Positions 8,940 to 16,723 of a DNA stretch of 34,035 bases are shown here, one piece after another. This stretch comes from Actinomycetota bacterium (GTDB lineage: Bacteria > Actinomycetota > Thermoleophilia > Miltoncostaeales > Miltoncostaeaceae): assembly GCA_005788075.1 (NCBI GenBank), contig SXZC01000112.1, positions 1 to 34,035 on the forward strand, written 5' to 3'. Under the pieces are notes generated by a model that was not told the DNA's origin, made no database searches, and saw nothing but the letters and a program-made list of their open reading frames with translations. How positions within the stretch are numbered: the first letter of the stretch is position 1; each line of letters opens with the position of its first letter. A program made the translations under genes and the position numbers.

Positions 8940-10057
8940 GGGGCCCAGGTCGCAGGGCGCGGGGTGGCGCCCACCTGAGCGGTGAACTGCGCCCAGGCCG
9001 GCTTCTTCGTGCCGTTAATGCGCATCAGTCCACCGGTCCAGAACGGGTTGTCCTGGAGGTTGAACCAGACGGCCACCTCAACGCGCGGGTACTGCTTGGC
9101 GGCCTGCATGGTCTCGCCCACCCACGCGGCCTGCTGGGCCTCGCTGACGAAGTAGCGGTGATAGCGGTTGTACGACGTGTGATAGCCGGTCTCCGTCACG
9201 TAGATGGGCGCGCCGGGCTTCAGCCTATCCACCAGCCGCGTGATCTGCGGGATGGTCTTCCACGACGGCACGAAGTACGCCTGCAGCGGCGAGCCGATCG
9301 GGTAGAGGTGCATGCTCCAGGCGTCGATCGGCACCTTCTGCCGGATCATCTCCTCGGCGAAGGTGATCGTGCCCACCGAGGAGTCCGTCTTCTCGCACAC
9401 CGAACCGCCCACGGGACCGGTGACGCCGCCCGTGACGATCGAGCTCGGGCTCACGGCCTTGATCTGGGGGTAGGCGGCCGCCACCAGCGCGGAGTACTGG
9501 CGGGCCGACTCCATCACGTAGCGCCCGCCCTGCCTGCGGCACTGCGGCGACCAGAAGGTGCCGATGTTCGGCTCGTTCCAGATCTCGAGGCGCTTGACCA
9601 GCGGCAGCGTGCCGCCCGAGCCGTCGGGCCACGTGCCGTTGTAGCGGCGCGCGATGGCGGTGGCGAAGGCCGCGGCGTCGGCCACGCGCGGCGCGGCGTT
9701 CGACTTGCCGCTGCGCGACGCCCACTCGGGCGTCCAGTAGAAGGTGATCATCGGCGTGATGTCACGCGCGATGAGGCCCTTGAGCATCTGGTCGTAGCGT
9801 GACCAGTCGTAGGCCGGGTCGGCCGGGTCGGTGGGCTCCGCCGGGCGCGTCTTGGCCACCCAGCGCCAGATGATGTCCACGCGCGACACCTTGGTGCCGG
9901 TCGACTTGAGCAGGTCGAGCCTCTGGTCGAGCGCCGGGCCCGAGAGGTTGTGCAGCTGGTCGTCCTGCAGGGCCAGCTGGGCCCCGGAGGCGGGCATGGC
10001 CAGGGCGGCCGCCACGGCCACGCCGGCGATTCCCGCGATCATGCGCCAGGTCTTCAT
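8936..10057 (-). CDS. secreted clan GH-A glycoside hydrolase (GH5/GH39-like, cellulase-family fold)
   Basis: Real part of ORF 8936..10501, from MKTWRMIAGIAGVAVAAALAMPASGAQ (signal peptide; ATG 10057-10055). It has EIWNEPN (acid/base NEP motif) and IYVTETGY (nucleophile Glu motif). The ATGA overlaps the upstream stop at 10054-10057. Confidence 0.75.
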   Translation of the reverse strand: MKTWRMIAGIAGVAVAAALAMPASGAQLALQDDQLHNLSGPALDQRLDLLKSTGTKVSRVDIIWRWVAKTRPAEPTDPADPAYDWSRYDQMLKGLIARDITPMITFYWTPEWASRSGKSNAAPRVADAAAFATAIARRYNGTWPDGSGGTLPLVKRLEIWNEPNIGTFWSPQCRRQGGRYVMESARQYSALVAAAYPQIKAVSPSSIVTGGVTGPVGGSVCEKTDSSVGTITFAEEMIRQKVPIDAWSMHLYPIGSPLQAYFVPSWKTIPQITRLVDRLKPGAPIYVTETGYHTSYNRYHRYFVSEAQQAAWVGETMQAAKQYPRVEVAVWFNLQDNPFWTGGLMRINGTKKPAWAQFTAQVGATPRPATWAP

Positions 10058-11130
10058 CGCACCCTCCCCACGATGCGCACCGCGGTGGTGCGCACCGTCT
10101 TCGTGGCCTTGCCGACCTTCGCCTTGCGCGACACGCGCTCGAACACCGCCACGCGCGATCCATCGGTGGCGATCGCCGCGATCGGGCCCCTGGCGTCGCC
10201 GACCTTCCTCGCCGCGCCCCCGCGGCTCGTGAGCACCGCGCGCCCCGCGCCGATGGCGATGGCCCTGCCCCCCGCGCCGATCTGCGGTCGGGCCGAGCCC
10301 TTCCACACCACGGCGACGGCTCCCGTGGCGGCGTCGGTGCGCGTCACGCGCCATCCCCCCGCGCGCACCACGGACACCACGTAGCCCGGCACGGCGCGCA
10401 CCTGCGCCACGCGCCCGCCCTGCGCCACCTCGCGGATTCCCGATACGCCGGAGTCGGACGGGACGCCGATGCGGATCGACGACCCGCCCCTGTCGGCCCA
10501 CGCCGCGATGCCCCGGGCGATCGATGCCAGGCCGGGGCCGGGGTTGCCGGGGATCGCCGCTGACGTGACCCGCTCGGCGTTCTCCACCGCGTCACCCGAG
10601 CCGAGGAACGCCCCGCCCGGCCCGCCGGCGATCCACCGCACCCGCGTGCCGTCCATGCCGGCCCCGAAGGGATGCGGGGCCGCGCCGTCGCTGTCGCTGG
10701 ACACCACCACCTCGAGGTCCTCGGCCGTGCAGCACCAGATCACCGGCCCGGCGAACGCATCGCCCGAGGCCGTGAGCGTGAATGCCCGCTGCGGGCCGGC
10801 CATGCGGATGTCCACGCCGGTGAGCGGGCCGGCGCTCGTGCGCACCGCCACGGGCTCGGTGTCACCGGTGATGCGGTTGCCGCTCACGCGGGCGTGCGCG
10901 GCGTCCACCCGCCAGTAGGTGAAGGTCTTGGTCTTCGCGGGCTGGGCGTCGGCCCACGCGATGGCGCCCCCGCCCATGTCGGCGTGGATCTGGCCCCAAC
11001 CGCCGATGTTCACCGCGCCCGATGCGCTGCCGGCCGTGATGGCCAGGCACCCCGCCGCGACCGCTCCGGCCACCACCGCGCCGCGGATGGCCCGGCCGCG
11101 TGGACGCGGGGAATCGGCGAGGGGCGTCAT
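10054..11130 (-). CDS. secreted hypothetical protein with repeated IAWAD/IAI motifs (possible beta-propeller)
   Basis: ORF 10054..11274 (GTG). ATG 11130 is preferred because it gives MTPLADSPRPRGRAIRGAVVAGAVAAGCLAITAGSASG, a signal-like N-terminus. Third positions are G/C. Recurrent motifs are GGAIAWADAQ, RGIAAWADRGG, GRAIAIGAGRAV and GPIAAIATDGSRVAV. No family was recognised. Confidence 0.55.
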   Translation of the reverse strand: MTPLADSPRPRGRAIRGAVVAGAVAAGCLAITAGSASGAVNIGGWGQIHADMGGGAIAWADAQPAKTKTFTYWRVDAAHARVSGNRITGDTEPVAVRTSAGPLTGVDIRMAGPQRAFTLTASGDAFAGPVIWCCTAEDLEVVVSSDSDGAAPHPFGAGMDGTRVRWIAGGPGGAFLGSGDAVENAERVTSAAIPGNPGPGLASIARGIAAWADRGGSSIRIGVPSDSGVSGIREVAQGGRVAQVRAVPGYVVSVVRAGGWRVTRTDAATGAVAVVWKGSARPQIGAGGRAIAIGAGRAVLTSRGGAARKVGDARGPIAAIATDGSRVAVFERVSRKAKVGKATKTVRTTAVRIVGRVR

Positions 11131-11289
11131 GTCGGTCGGCTGCACGTGCTCTGCTCCGGCTCGGTGGATGGATGGGACCGCGACCGCTTTCGGGATCCGG
11201 ACGGGTCGACCCATGGCGGCGACGAGGCTAGCGGAGCCCCGGGGAGCGGGGGTGGAGACCCGGTCCGTGGCCACGCCGCCCGCGGGCGG

Positions 11290-12771
11290 TCATCCTCCGC
11301 CCTCGGGCGGGAGCACGGCCCGCCCGCGGATCTGCTCGATGTCCGCGACCTGTGCCTGCAGCCACCGGGCGATGTCGTTCTCGTTGATCACCTGGCGGGT
11401 GGCGTCGCCGCGCGCGCGCCGCTCGGCGCGGGGCATGGTGAGGGCCTGGTGCAGCGCCTCAGCCTGCGCCTCGACGTCGAAGGGGTTGACCACCAGGGAG
11501 TACGCCCCGATCTCCTCGACCGCCCCGACGTTCTCGGACAGGATCAGCACGCCGTCACGCTCGTTCACCAGCATGGACTCCTTCGCGACGAGGTTCATGC
11601 CGTCGAAGATCGAGTTCACGAGCATCACGTCGAAGTGCTTATAGGCCGTGACGGCCAGCGGCAGGTTGCTCTCGAAGCGCAGGTCGATGGGCATCCAGTC
11701 GGTGTTGCCGTGCTTCGTGTTGATGCGACTCACCAGCTCGGTGATGCGCTCCACGTACTCCACGTACTCCGGCACGTCCTGGCGCGAGGGCTGCAGCATG
11801 GCGAAGAACGTGATGTCCTCGCGGAACTCGGGGTGGCGGTCGAGGAAGACGTCGAACGCCGTGAAGCCGCGCAGGATGTTCTTCGAGAGGTCGGTGCGGT
11901 CGACGCGCGCGATGAGGTGCCGGCGGCGCCTGCGAAGGAAGGTGGCCTCCTCGGCGGCCACCGGCTCGGACGTGGCCATCTCGGTGAACCCGTCGGCGTC
12001 GATGGAGATGGGGTAGTGGCGCACGACGACGGTGCGGTCGCGGTACCGCACGGTGAGCGCCGCGTAGTCCACCTCGAGGCCCAGGAGGTCCTCGCACGAG
12101 AGCAGGAAGTTGCGCGCGTAGCGCTGGGTGTGGAACGCCACGACGTCGCACGAGAGAAGCCCGGCGATGATGGCGTCGCGGATGTGGGGCGGCAGCACCC
12201 GCCAGTAGTCCGGCTGGGGCCATGGGATGTGCACGAAGAAGTGCAGGAAGGCGTCGGGCACTCGCTCGCGAACCGACGCCGGCGCGGTGTAGAGGTGGTA
12301 GTCGTGGATCATCACCACGGCGTCGGGGTTCGCCGCGAGGGCATCCACCACGGCGTCGGCGAAGAGGCCGTTGGCCTCGAGGTAGCCATCGCTCCACGCC
12401 AGGAGCTCCTCGTCCCGGATGTCCGGCACGTTCGAGAGGTCCCAGAGGTAGTGCTGGATGAACCACAGCATCGGGTTGGCGACCACGTTGTAATAGCGCT
12501 CGTACACGTCGGGGTGCATCACCACGAAGCGGCCCGTGGTGTCGCGCCCCGCCGAGGGGACGGGGAACGGGCCCTCGGCCTGCTCGGCCACGACGAAGTC
12601 GCCCGGCTCGATCGCGGCGGATATCCAGAGGGCGGGAACCAGGTCGATGAGCCCGGTGAGGGCCGTCACGAGCCCGCCGCCCGATCGCACCGCCCGCATG
12701 CCCCCCTCACCATCGTCGATGAAGCCGACTGGACCGCGGTTTGACACCAGGATGAGCGGGCTGCCCTCCAT
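11290..12771 (-). CDS. otsA: trehalose-6-phosphate synthase (GT20)
   Basis: ORF 11290..12831. The hallmarks are LILVSNRGP, NPMLWFIQHYLW, IHDYHLY, RVDRTDLSKNI and DGMNLVAKE. ATG 12771 (MEGSPLILVSNRGP) is preferred over the upstream start at 12831. Confidence 0.9.
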   Translation of the reverse strand: MEGSPLILVSNRGPVGFIDDGEGGMRAVRSGGGLVTALTGLIDLVPALWISAAIEPGDFVVAEQAEGPFPVPSAGRDTTGRFVVMHPDVYERYYNVVANPMLWFIQHYLWDLSNVPDIRDEELLAWSDGYLEANGLFADAVVDALAANPDAVVMIHDYHLYTAPASVRERVPDAFLHFFVHIPWPQPDYWRVLPPHIRDAIIAGLLSCDVVAFHTQRYARNFLLSCEDLLGLEVDYAALTVRYRDRTVVVRHYPISIDADGFTEMATSEPVAAEEATFLRRRRRHLIARVDRTDLSKNILRGFTAFDVFLDRHPEFREDITFFAMLQPSRQDVPEYVEYVERITELVSRINTKHGNTDWMPIDLRFESNLPLAVTAYKHFDVMLVNSIFDGMNLVAKESMLVNERDGVLILSENVGAVEEIGAYSLVVNPFDVEAQAEALHQALTMPRAERRARGDATRQVINENDIARWLQAQVADIEQIRGRAVLPPEGGG

Positions 12772-12831
12772 GCCCTTACTGTAATCCCCGATTTCACGGG
12801 GACCGGGGCCCCGGTGCGATACTGCGCCCAC
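12772..12831. promoter_or_regulatory. divergent promoter region with a central 14-bp perfect palindrome and two -10-like hexamers close to both start codons
   Basis: The 60-bp gap between otsA (ATG at 12771) and the M28-like gene (ATG at 12832) holds ACCGGGGCCCCGGT at 12802-12815, which is self-complementary. TACAGT (minus strand, 12783-12778) lies 6 nt from the otsA ATG. GATACT (12818-12823) lies 8 nt from ATG 12832. There is no convincing Shine-Dalgarno on either side, so both mRNAs may be leaderless. Confidence 0.35.
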
Positions 12832-14637
12832 ATGCTGAACGGGCGCCTCTACCGGCTCTCATGGCTCGTGGCGGCCCTCGCGCTGCTCGTTGCCCTGCTG
12901 ACGCTTGAAACACCCGGCGGCACTCCCGACCCGCCGCTGCCGCCTGCCTTCGACGCGATGGCCGCGCGCGGCATCGCCGCGGACATGGCCACCGTGGCCC
13001 CGGAGCGCGTGCCGGGCACCGCGGGCGACGTCACGTCGGCCAACTGGATGGCCGAGCAGATGAAGGCCGTGCCGGGCGCCACGCCCGTGCGGCGCCAGCG
13101 CTTCTCGGTGATGACCCCGGGCGGCCGCGTGGTGACCGAGAACGTGTTCGTGGCGCTCCCGGCGCGCAGCGGATCGTCCACCCAGGGAGCCCTCATCATC
13201 TCGGCGCCGCGCGACACGCCCCCCGGCGTGCGCGGTGGCGAGAGCGGATCGGCGGTGCTGCTGCAGCTCGCCCGGTCGCTCGGCACGGTCGCGCGCAACC
13301 GCCCCGTATTCGTGGTCTCCACCGGCGCATCCACCCAGGGCAATGCCGGGGCCCGGTGGTTCGCGAGCCGCTTCTCGGCCACGCCGATCAGCGCCGCCCT
13401 CTCGCTTGACGACCCGGCGGGCGCCACCGATGGCATCCACGTGTGGGACGACGCCCAGGACGGCAGCCGGTCGATCCCCATGGCCGCCGCCGCGGAGCAG
13501 GCGGCGCAGCGCGCAGATGCGCCGCTCGCGGGCTATCCCGGGCCTTTCCCGCAGATGGCCGGCATGGCCGTGCCGCAGACGTCCGGCGACCAGTCGGCGT
13601 ACATCGCCGCGGGCATCCCGTCGGCATCTCTCGCCGCCCGCCCGCAGACGCCCCTCACGAGCAACGTGGCGCTGGCCAAGGAGGATTCCCTCGGCGATGC
13701 GGGGCGCACGGCCGAGACCCTGGTGGCGTCGCTCGACCAGGCCGACGCGCTTCCCGGCCCGGCCGCCGGGGTGGTGATCAACGGGCGCGAGCTGCGCCCG
13801 ATCATGAGCCGCATCGTCATCCTGCTGCTGGCCCTGCCGATCCTCGTGGCGTCCATCGACCTCGCCGTGCGCCTGCGGCGCGCCGGGGTGCGGCTCGTGC
13901 CCTTCATGGCCGCGCTGCTCTGGCGCCTGCTGCCGGTGGTTGCCGCGCTGCTGATCGGCCACCTGCTCGTGACCGCCGGCATGCTCGCGGGCGTCGCCGG
14001 CGGGTGGCCGCCGCTCGCGGAGGCCGTGCCCTTCGACCTGCCGGCGGTGGTGGCGATCCTGCTCTCGGTGGGCGCGGCGGTGCTCACGTGGGTCGCCGTG
14101 CGCCACCGCGCCATGCGCCGTGATGCCGAGGTGGCCTCGCGCGCCGCCGCGGGGGTGATCGCCCTCGGGGTGGTGTGCCTGCTGCTGTGGCTCGCGAGCC
14201 CGTTCGCCCTGCTCATCGCCCTGCCCGCCGCCCACTGCGCGCTCATTGCCACCCGCGCCACCCGGCCATGGCAGGTGGTGGGGCTGGGCCTCGTGGCGGC
14301 TGCGCCCGCCGTGCTGCTGGTGTGGTGGGCCGCCGGCCGCATCGACCGGGGCATTCCCTACTCGGCCTGGTACCTGATCGAGACCACCGTCGCGGGAGGG
14401 CGGGGAATCATCGGGCCCATCCTCGCGTCGGCGGTGCTCGTGACCGTCTGGAGCCTGGGCTCGCTGGTGATGTCGCGCGTGCGCCGCGGCCTCGTGGCGG
14501 CGGGCCCCTACCGCCCGGTGCCCACCGAGGATGAGCGCCTCGCGCGACGCGGTCGGCGTCCGATGCCGTCCCTCACCCGCCGCGGGCGCAAGCGCGATGC
14601 GGCCCGTGATGGCGCCGTGGGCGGGGGGCGATCCTGA
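12832..14637 (+). CDS. membrane protein: N-terminal anchor, degenerate M28 peptidase-like ectodomain, about 8-TM C-terminal domain
   Basis: ORF 12814..14637 (GTG); ATG 12832 is preferred. The M28 layout is recognisable, but the metal and catalytic motifs are replaced. H-x-D becomes ISAPRDT. D-N-x-SG becomes GVRGGESG. GAEE-LG-xxGS becomes GASTQGNAGA. SDH becomes SGDQ. The C-terminal half has about 8 hydrophobic helices and ends in a basic tail. Confidence 0.7.
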   Translation: MLNGRLYRLSWLVAALALLVALLTLETPGGTPDPPLPPAFDAMAARGIAADMATVAPERVPGTAGDVTSANWMAEQMKAVPGATPVRRQRFSVMTPGGRVVTENVFVALPARSGSSTQGALIISAPRDTPPGVRGGESGSAVLLQLARSLGTVARNRPVFVVSTGASTQGNAGARWFASRFSATPISAALSLDDPAGATDGIHVWDDAQDGSRSIPMAAAAEQAAQRADAPLAGYPGPFPQMAGMAVPQTSGDQSAYIAAGIPSASLAARPQTPLTSNVALAKEDSLGDAGRTAETLVASLDQADALPGPAAGVVINGRELRPIMSRIVILLLALPILVASIDLAVRLRRAGVRLVPFMAALLWRLLPVVAALLIGHLLVTAGMLAGVAGGWPPLAEAVPFDLPAVVAILLSVGAAVLTWVAVRHRAMRRDAEVASRAAAGVIALGVVCLLLWLASPFALLIALPAAHCALIATRATRPWQVVGLGLVAAAPAVLLVWWAAGRIDRGIPYSAWYLIETTVAGGRGIIGPILASAVLVTVWSLGSLVMSRVRRGLVAAGPYRPVPTEDERLARRGRRPMPSLTRRGRKRDAARDGAVGGGRS

Positions 14638-15587
14638 TGGGCGGCTGGCGCATGCTCTCGGTGGTGGTGCCGGTGTTCGACGAGCGCGACTCGCTGGCCG
14701 AGCTCGCCGCCGAGCTGCTCCCGGTGATGCAGGGCATCGATGCGCCGTTCGAGGTGATCTTCGTGGACGACGGATCGCGCGATGGCGGCGACGTGGTGCT
14801 GGCGGAGCTCGCGCGCGATCATGAGTCGATCCGCGTGGTGCGCCTGCGCAGCAACTTCGGGAAGGGCGCCGCGCTCACCGCCGGCTTCCGCGAGGCGCGC
14901 GGCGACGTGGTGATCACGCTCGACGCCGACCTGCAGGACGACCCCGCGGAGATCCCCCGGCTTCTCGCCGCGCTCGACGAGGGCGCCGACCTGGTGTCGG
15001 GGTGGAAGCAGAAGCGCAACGACCCCTGGAACAAGACCATGCCATCGCGCGTGTTCAACAGCGTGGCGCGCAAGGCCAGCGGGGTGGAGCTGCACGACCT
15101 CAACTGCGGCTTCAAGGCCTATCGCATCGACGTGGTGCGCGCGCTGGCGATCCCCGGCGAGATGTACCGCTTCATCCCGGTCATCGCCGCGTCGGAGGGC
15201 TTCCGGGTGGCCGAGGTGCCGGTGAACCACCGGGCGCGCCGGCACGGCTCGTCGAAGTACGGCTTCGAGCGCTACCTGCGCGGGCTCCTCGACCTCATCA
15301 CGATCTCGTTCGTCGGGCGCTACCGCCACCGTCCCATGCACTTCTTCGGCGGCCTCGGCCTGCTGCTGTTCCTCGCGGGCGTGGGCATCTCGATCTACCT
15401 CACCATCGTCAAGCTGCTCGGCGAGGCCATCGGGGGCCGGCCGCTGCTCATCCTCGGCGTGCTGCTCATCGTGGTGGGCATCCAGCTGTTCACCATCGGC
15501 CTGGTGAGCGAGCTCATCCAGCGCGGGCGCATGCGATCCGAGGAGGACGAGGCCGCCTCGCGCATCGAGCGCGTCATCGAGGGGTGA
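14637..15587 (+). CDS. GT2 polyprenol-phosphate glycosyltransferase (DPM1/GtrB/ArnC-like)
   Basis: ORF 14637..15587. Motifs are LSVVVPVFDE, EVIFVDDGSRDG and ITLDADLQDDP (DxD), followed by two C-terminal TM helices (FFGGLGLLLFLAGVGISIY, LLILGVLLIVVGIQLFTIGLV). The start overlaps the upstream stop by 1 nt (TGATG). Confidence 0.9.
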   Translation: MGGWRMLSVVVPVFDERDSLAELAAELLPVMQGIDAPFEVIFVDDGSRDGGDVVLAELARDHESIRVVRLRSNFGKGAALTAGFREARGDVVITLDADLQDDPAEIPRLLAALDEGADLVSGWKQKRNDPWNKTMPSRVFNSVARKASGVELHDLNCGFKAYRIDVVRALAIPGEMYRFIPVIAASEGFRVAEVPVNHRARRHGSSKYGFERYLRGLLDLITISFVGRYRHRPMHFFGGLGLLLFLAGVGISIYLTIVKLLGEAIGGRPLLILGVLLIVVGIQLFTIGLVSELIQRGRMRSEEDEAASRIERVIEG

Positions 15588-16723
15588 GCCGCCCGCTTCA
15601 CGTCGAGTGGGTCGGCACCTACGAGCGCTCCTATCCCCGCACGCGGGTGCTCGTGGATGGCCTGCGCGCCCACGGCGCGCGGGTGACCGAGCACCACCGT
15701 CCGGTGTGGGAGCGCACGCGCCACAAGGCCGGTGGCTTCCTGTCGGCCGGGCGCCTGGCGGGCGCCGGGACGTCGTGGGCTGGCGCATGGGCCGGGCTGG
15801 CGGTGACCGAGCCCCGCTTATCCGGGCCCGTGGACGCCGTGGTGGCGGGCTACCCCGCCCAGCCCGACGTGGTGCCCGCATGGGTGGTGTCACGCGCCCG
15901 TCGCGCCCCCCTGGTGGTGGACATGATGGTGTCGCTGGCCGACACCCTGGGCGATGACCGCGGGCGCACCGGGGTGGCCGCCACGCGGGCCCTCGCCGCG
16001 GCCGATCGCACCGCGCTTGCCCTCGCCGACATCGTGCTCGTGGACACCGCCGCGAACGGTGAGTTCCTCGTGCGGCGCTTCGGCGTGCGCCGCGATTCGA
16101 TCGTGGTGGCGCCGGTGGGCGCGGAACCGGATGCCTTCCCCCCGACCCCCGTGCCGCGGGGTGCGTGCCATGCGCTCTGGTACGGCAAGCTCTCGCCGAT
16201 GCACGGGCTCGACGTCATCCTCGATGCCGCGCGCATCCCCGGCACCCCGCCGATCCGGCTCGTGGGCGAGGGCCAGCTGGACGACTGGCTCGCCGGCGAG
16301 CTGCGCAGGGATCCCCCCGCGGCGCTCGAGCACGTTCCGTGGGTGCCATACGAGCGCCTGCGCGACGAGGTTTCCGCGTGCGGGGTGGTGCTGGGCATCT
16401 TCGGGCGCAGCGACAAGGCCTCGCGCGTGGTGCCCAACAAGGTGTTCCAGGCAATGGCCGCCGGCCGCCCGGTGATCACCGCCGACACCCCGGGAATCCG
16501 CGAGGTGCTGCAGCACGGCAGGGACGCCGTGCTGGTGCCGCCCGGCGAGCCGGCGGCCCTTGCCGCCGCCCTCATATCGATGGCGGCCGATGCCGATGCC
16601 CGCGATCGCCTCGGCGCCGCGGCGCGGGACACCTATGAGCGCACGGGCACGCCTGAGCGGGCGGCCGCGCCGCTGGTGCAGGCGATCGAGGCGCGCAGGG
16701 CGGCGCGGAGCGTGCGGGCGTGA
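15584..16723 (+). CDS. GT-B (GT4-like) glycosyltransferase
   Basis: Real part of ORF 15002..16723, from the in-frame GTG at 15584 (VSRPLHVEWVGTYERSYPRTRVLVDGLRAHG). There is a GTGA overlap with the GT2 stop. The C-terminal segment RVVPNKVFQAMAAGRPVITADTPGIREV is typical of GT-B donor domains. Confidence 0.75.
   Translation: MSRPLHVEWVGTYERSYPRTRVLVDGLRAHGARVTEHHRPVWERTRHKAGGFLSAGRLAGAGTSWAGAWAGLAVTEPRLSGPVDAVVAGYPAQPDVVPAWVVSRARRAPLVVDMMVSLADTLGDDRGRTGVAATRALAAADRTALALADIVLVDTAANGEFLVRRFGVRRDSIVVAPVGAEPDAFPPTPVPRGACHALWYGKLSPMHGLDVILDAARIPGTPPIRLVGEGQLDDWLAGELRRDPPAALEHVPWVPYERLRDEVSACGVVLGIFGRSDKASRVVPNKVFQAMAAGRPVITADTPGIREVLQHGRDAVLVPPGEPAALAAALISMAADADARDRLGAAARDTYERTGTPERAAAPLVQAIEARRAARSVRA

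Noticed and set aside
12814-12831. Upstream alternative starts at 12814 (plus-strand GTG) and 12831 (minus-strand otsA ORF start) that would make the two divergent genes overlap head to head
   Set aside because: The added residues (MRYCAH..., MGAVSHRGPGPREIGDYSKG) precede the natural N-termini: a TM anchor for one gene and the conserved LILVSNRGP block for the other. They include atypical codons. The ATG starts at 12832 and 12771 leave a sensible 60-bp promoter region. This remains unproven.
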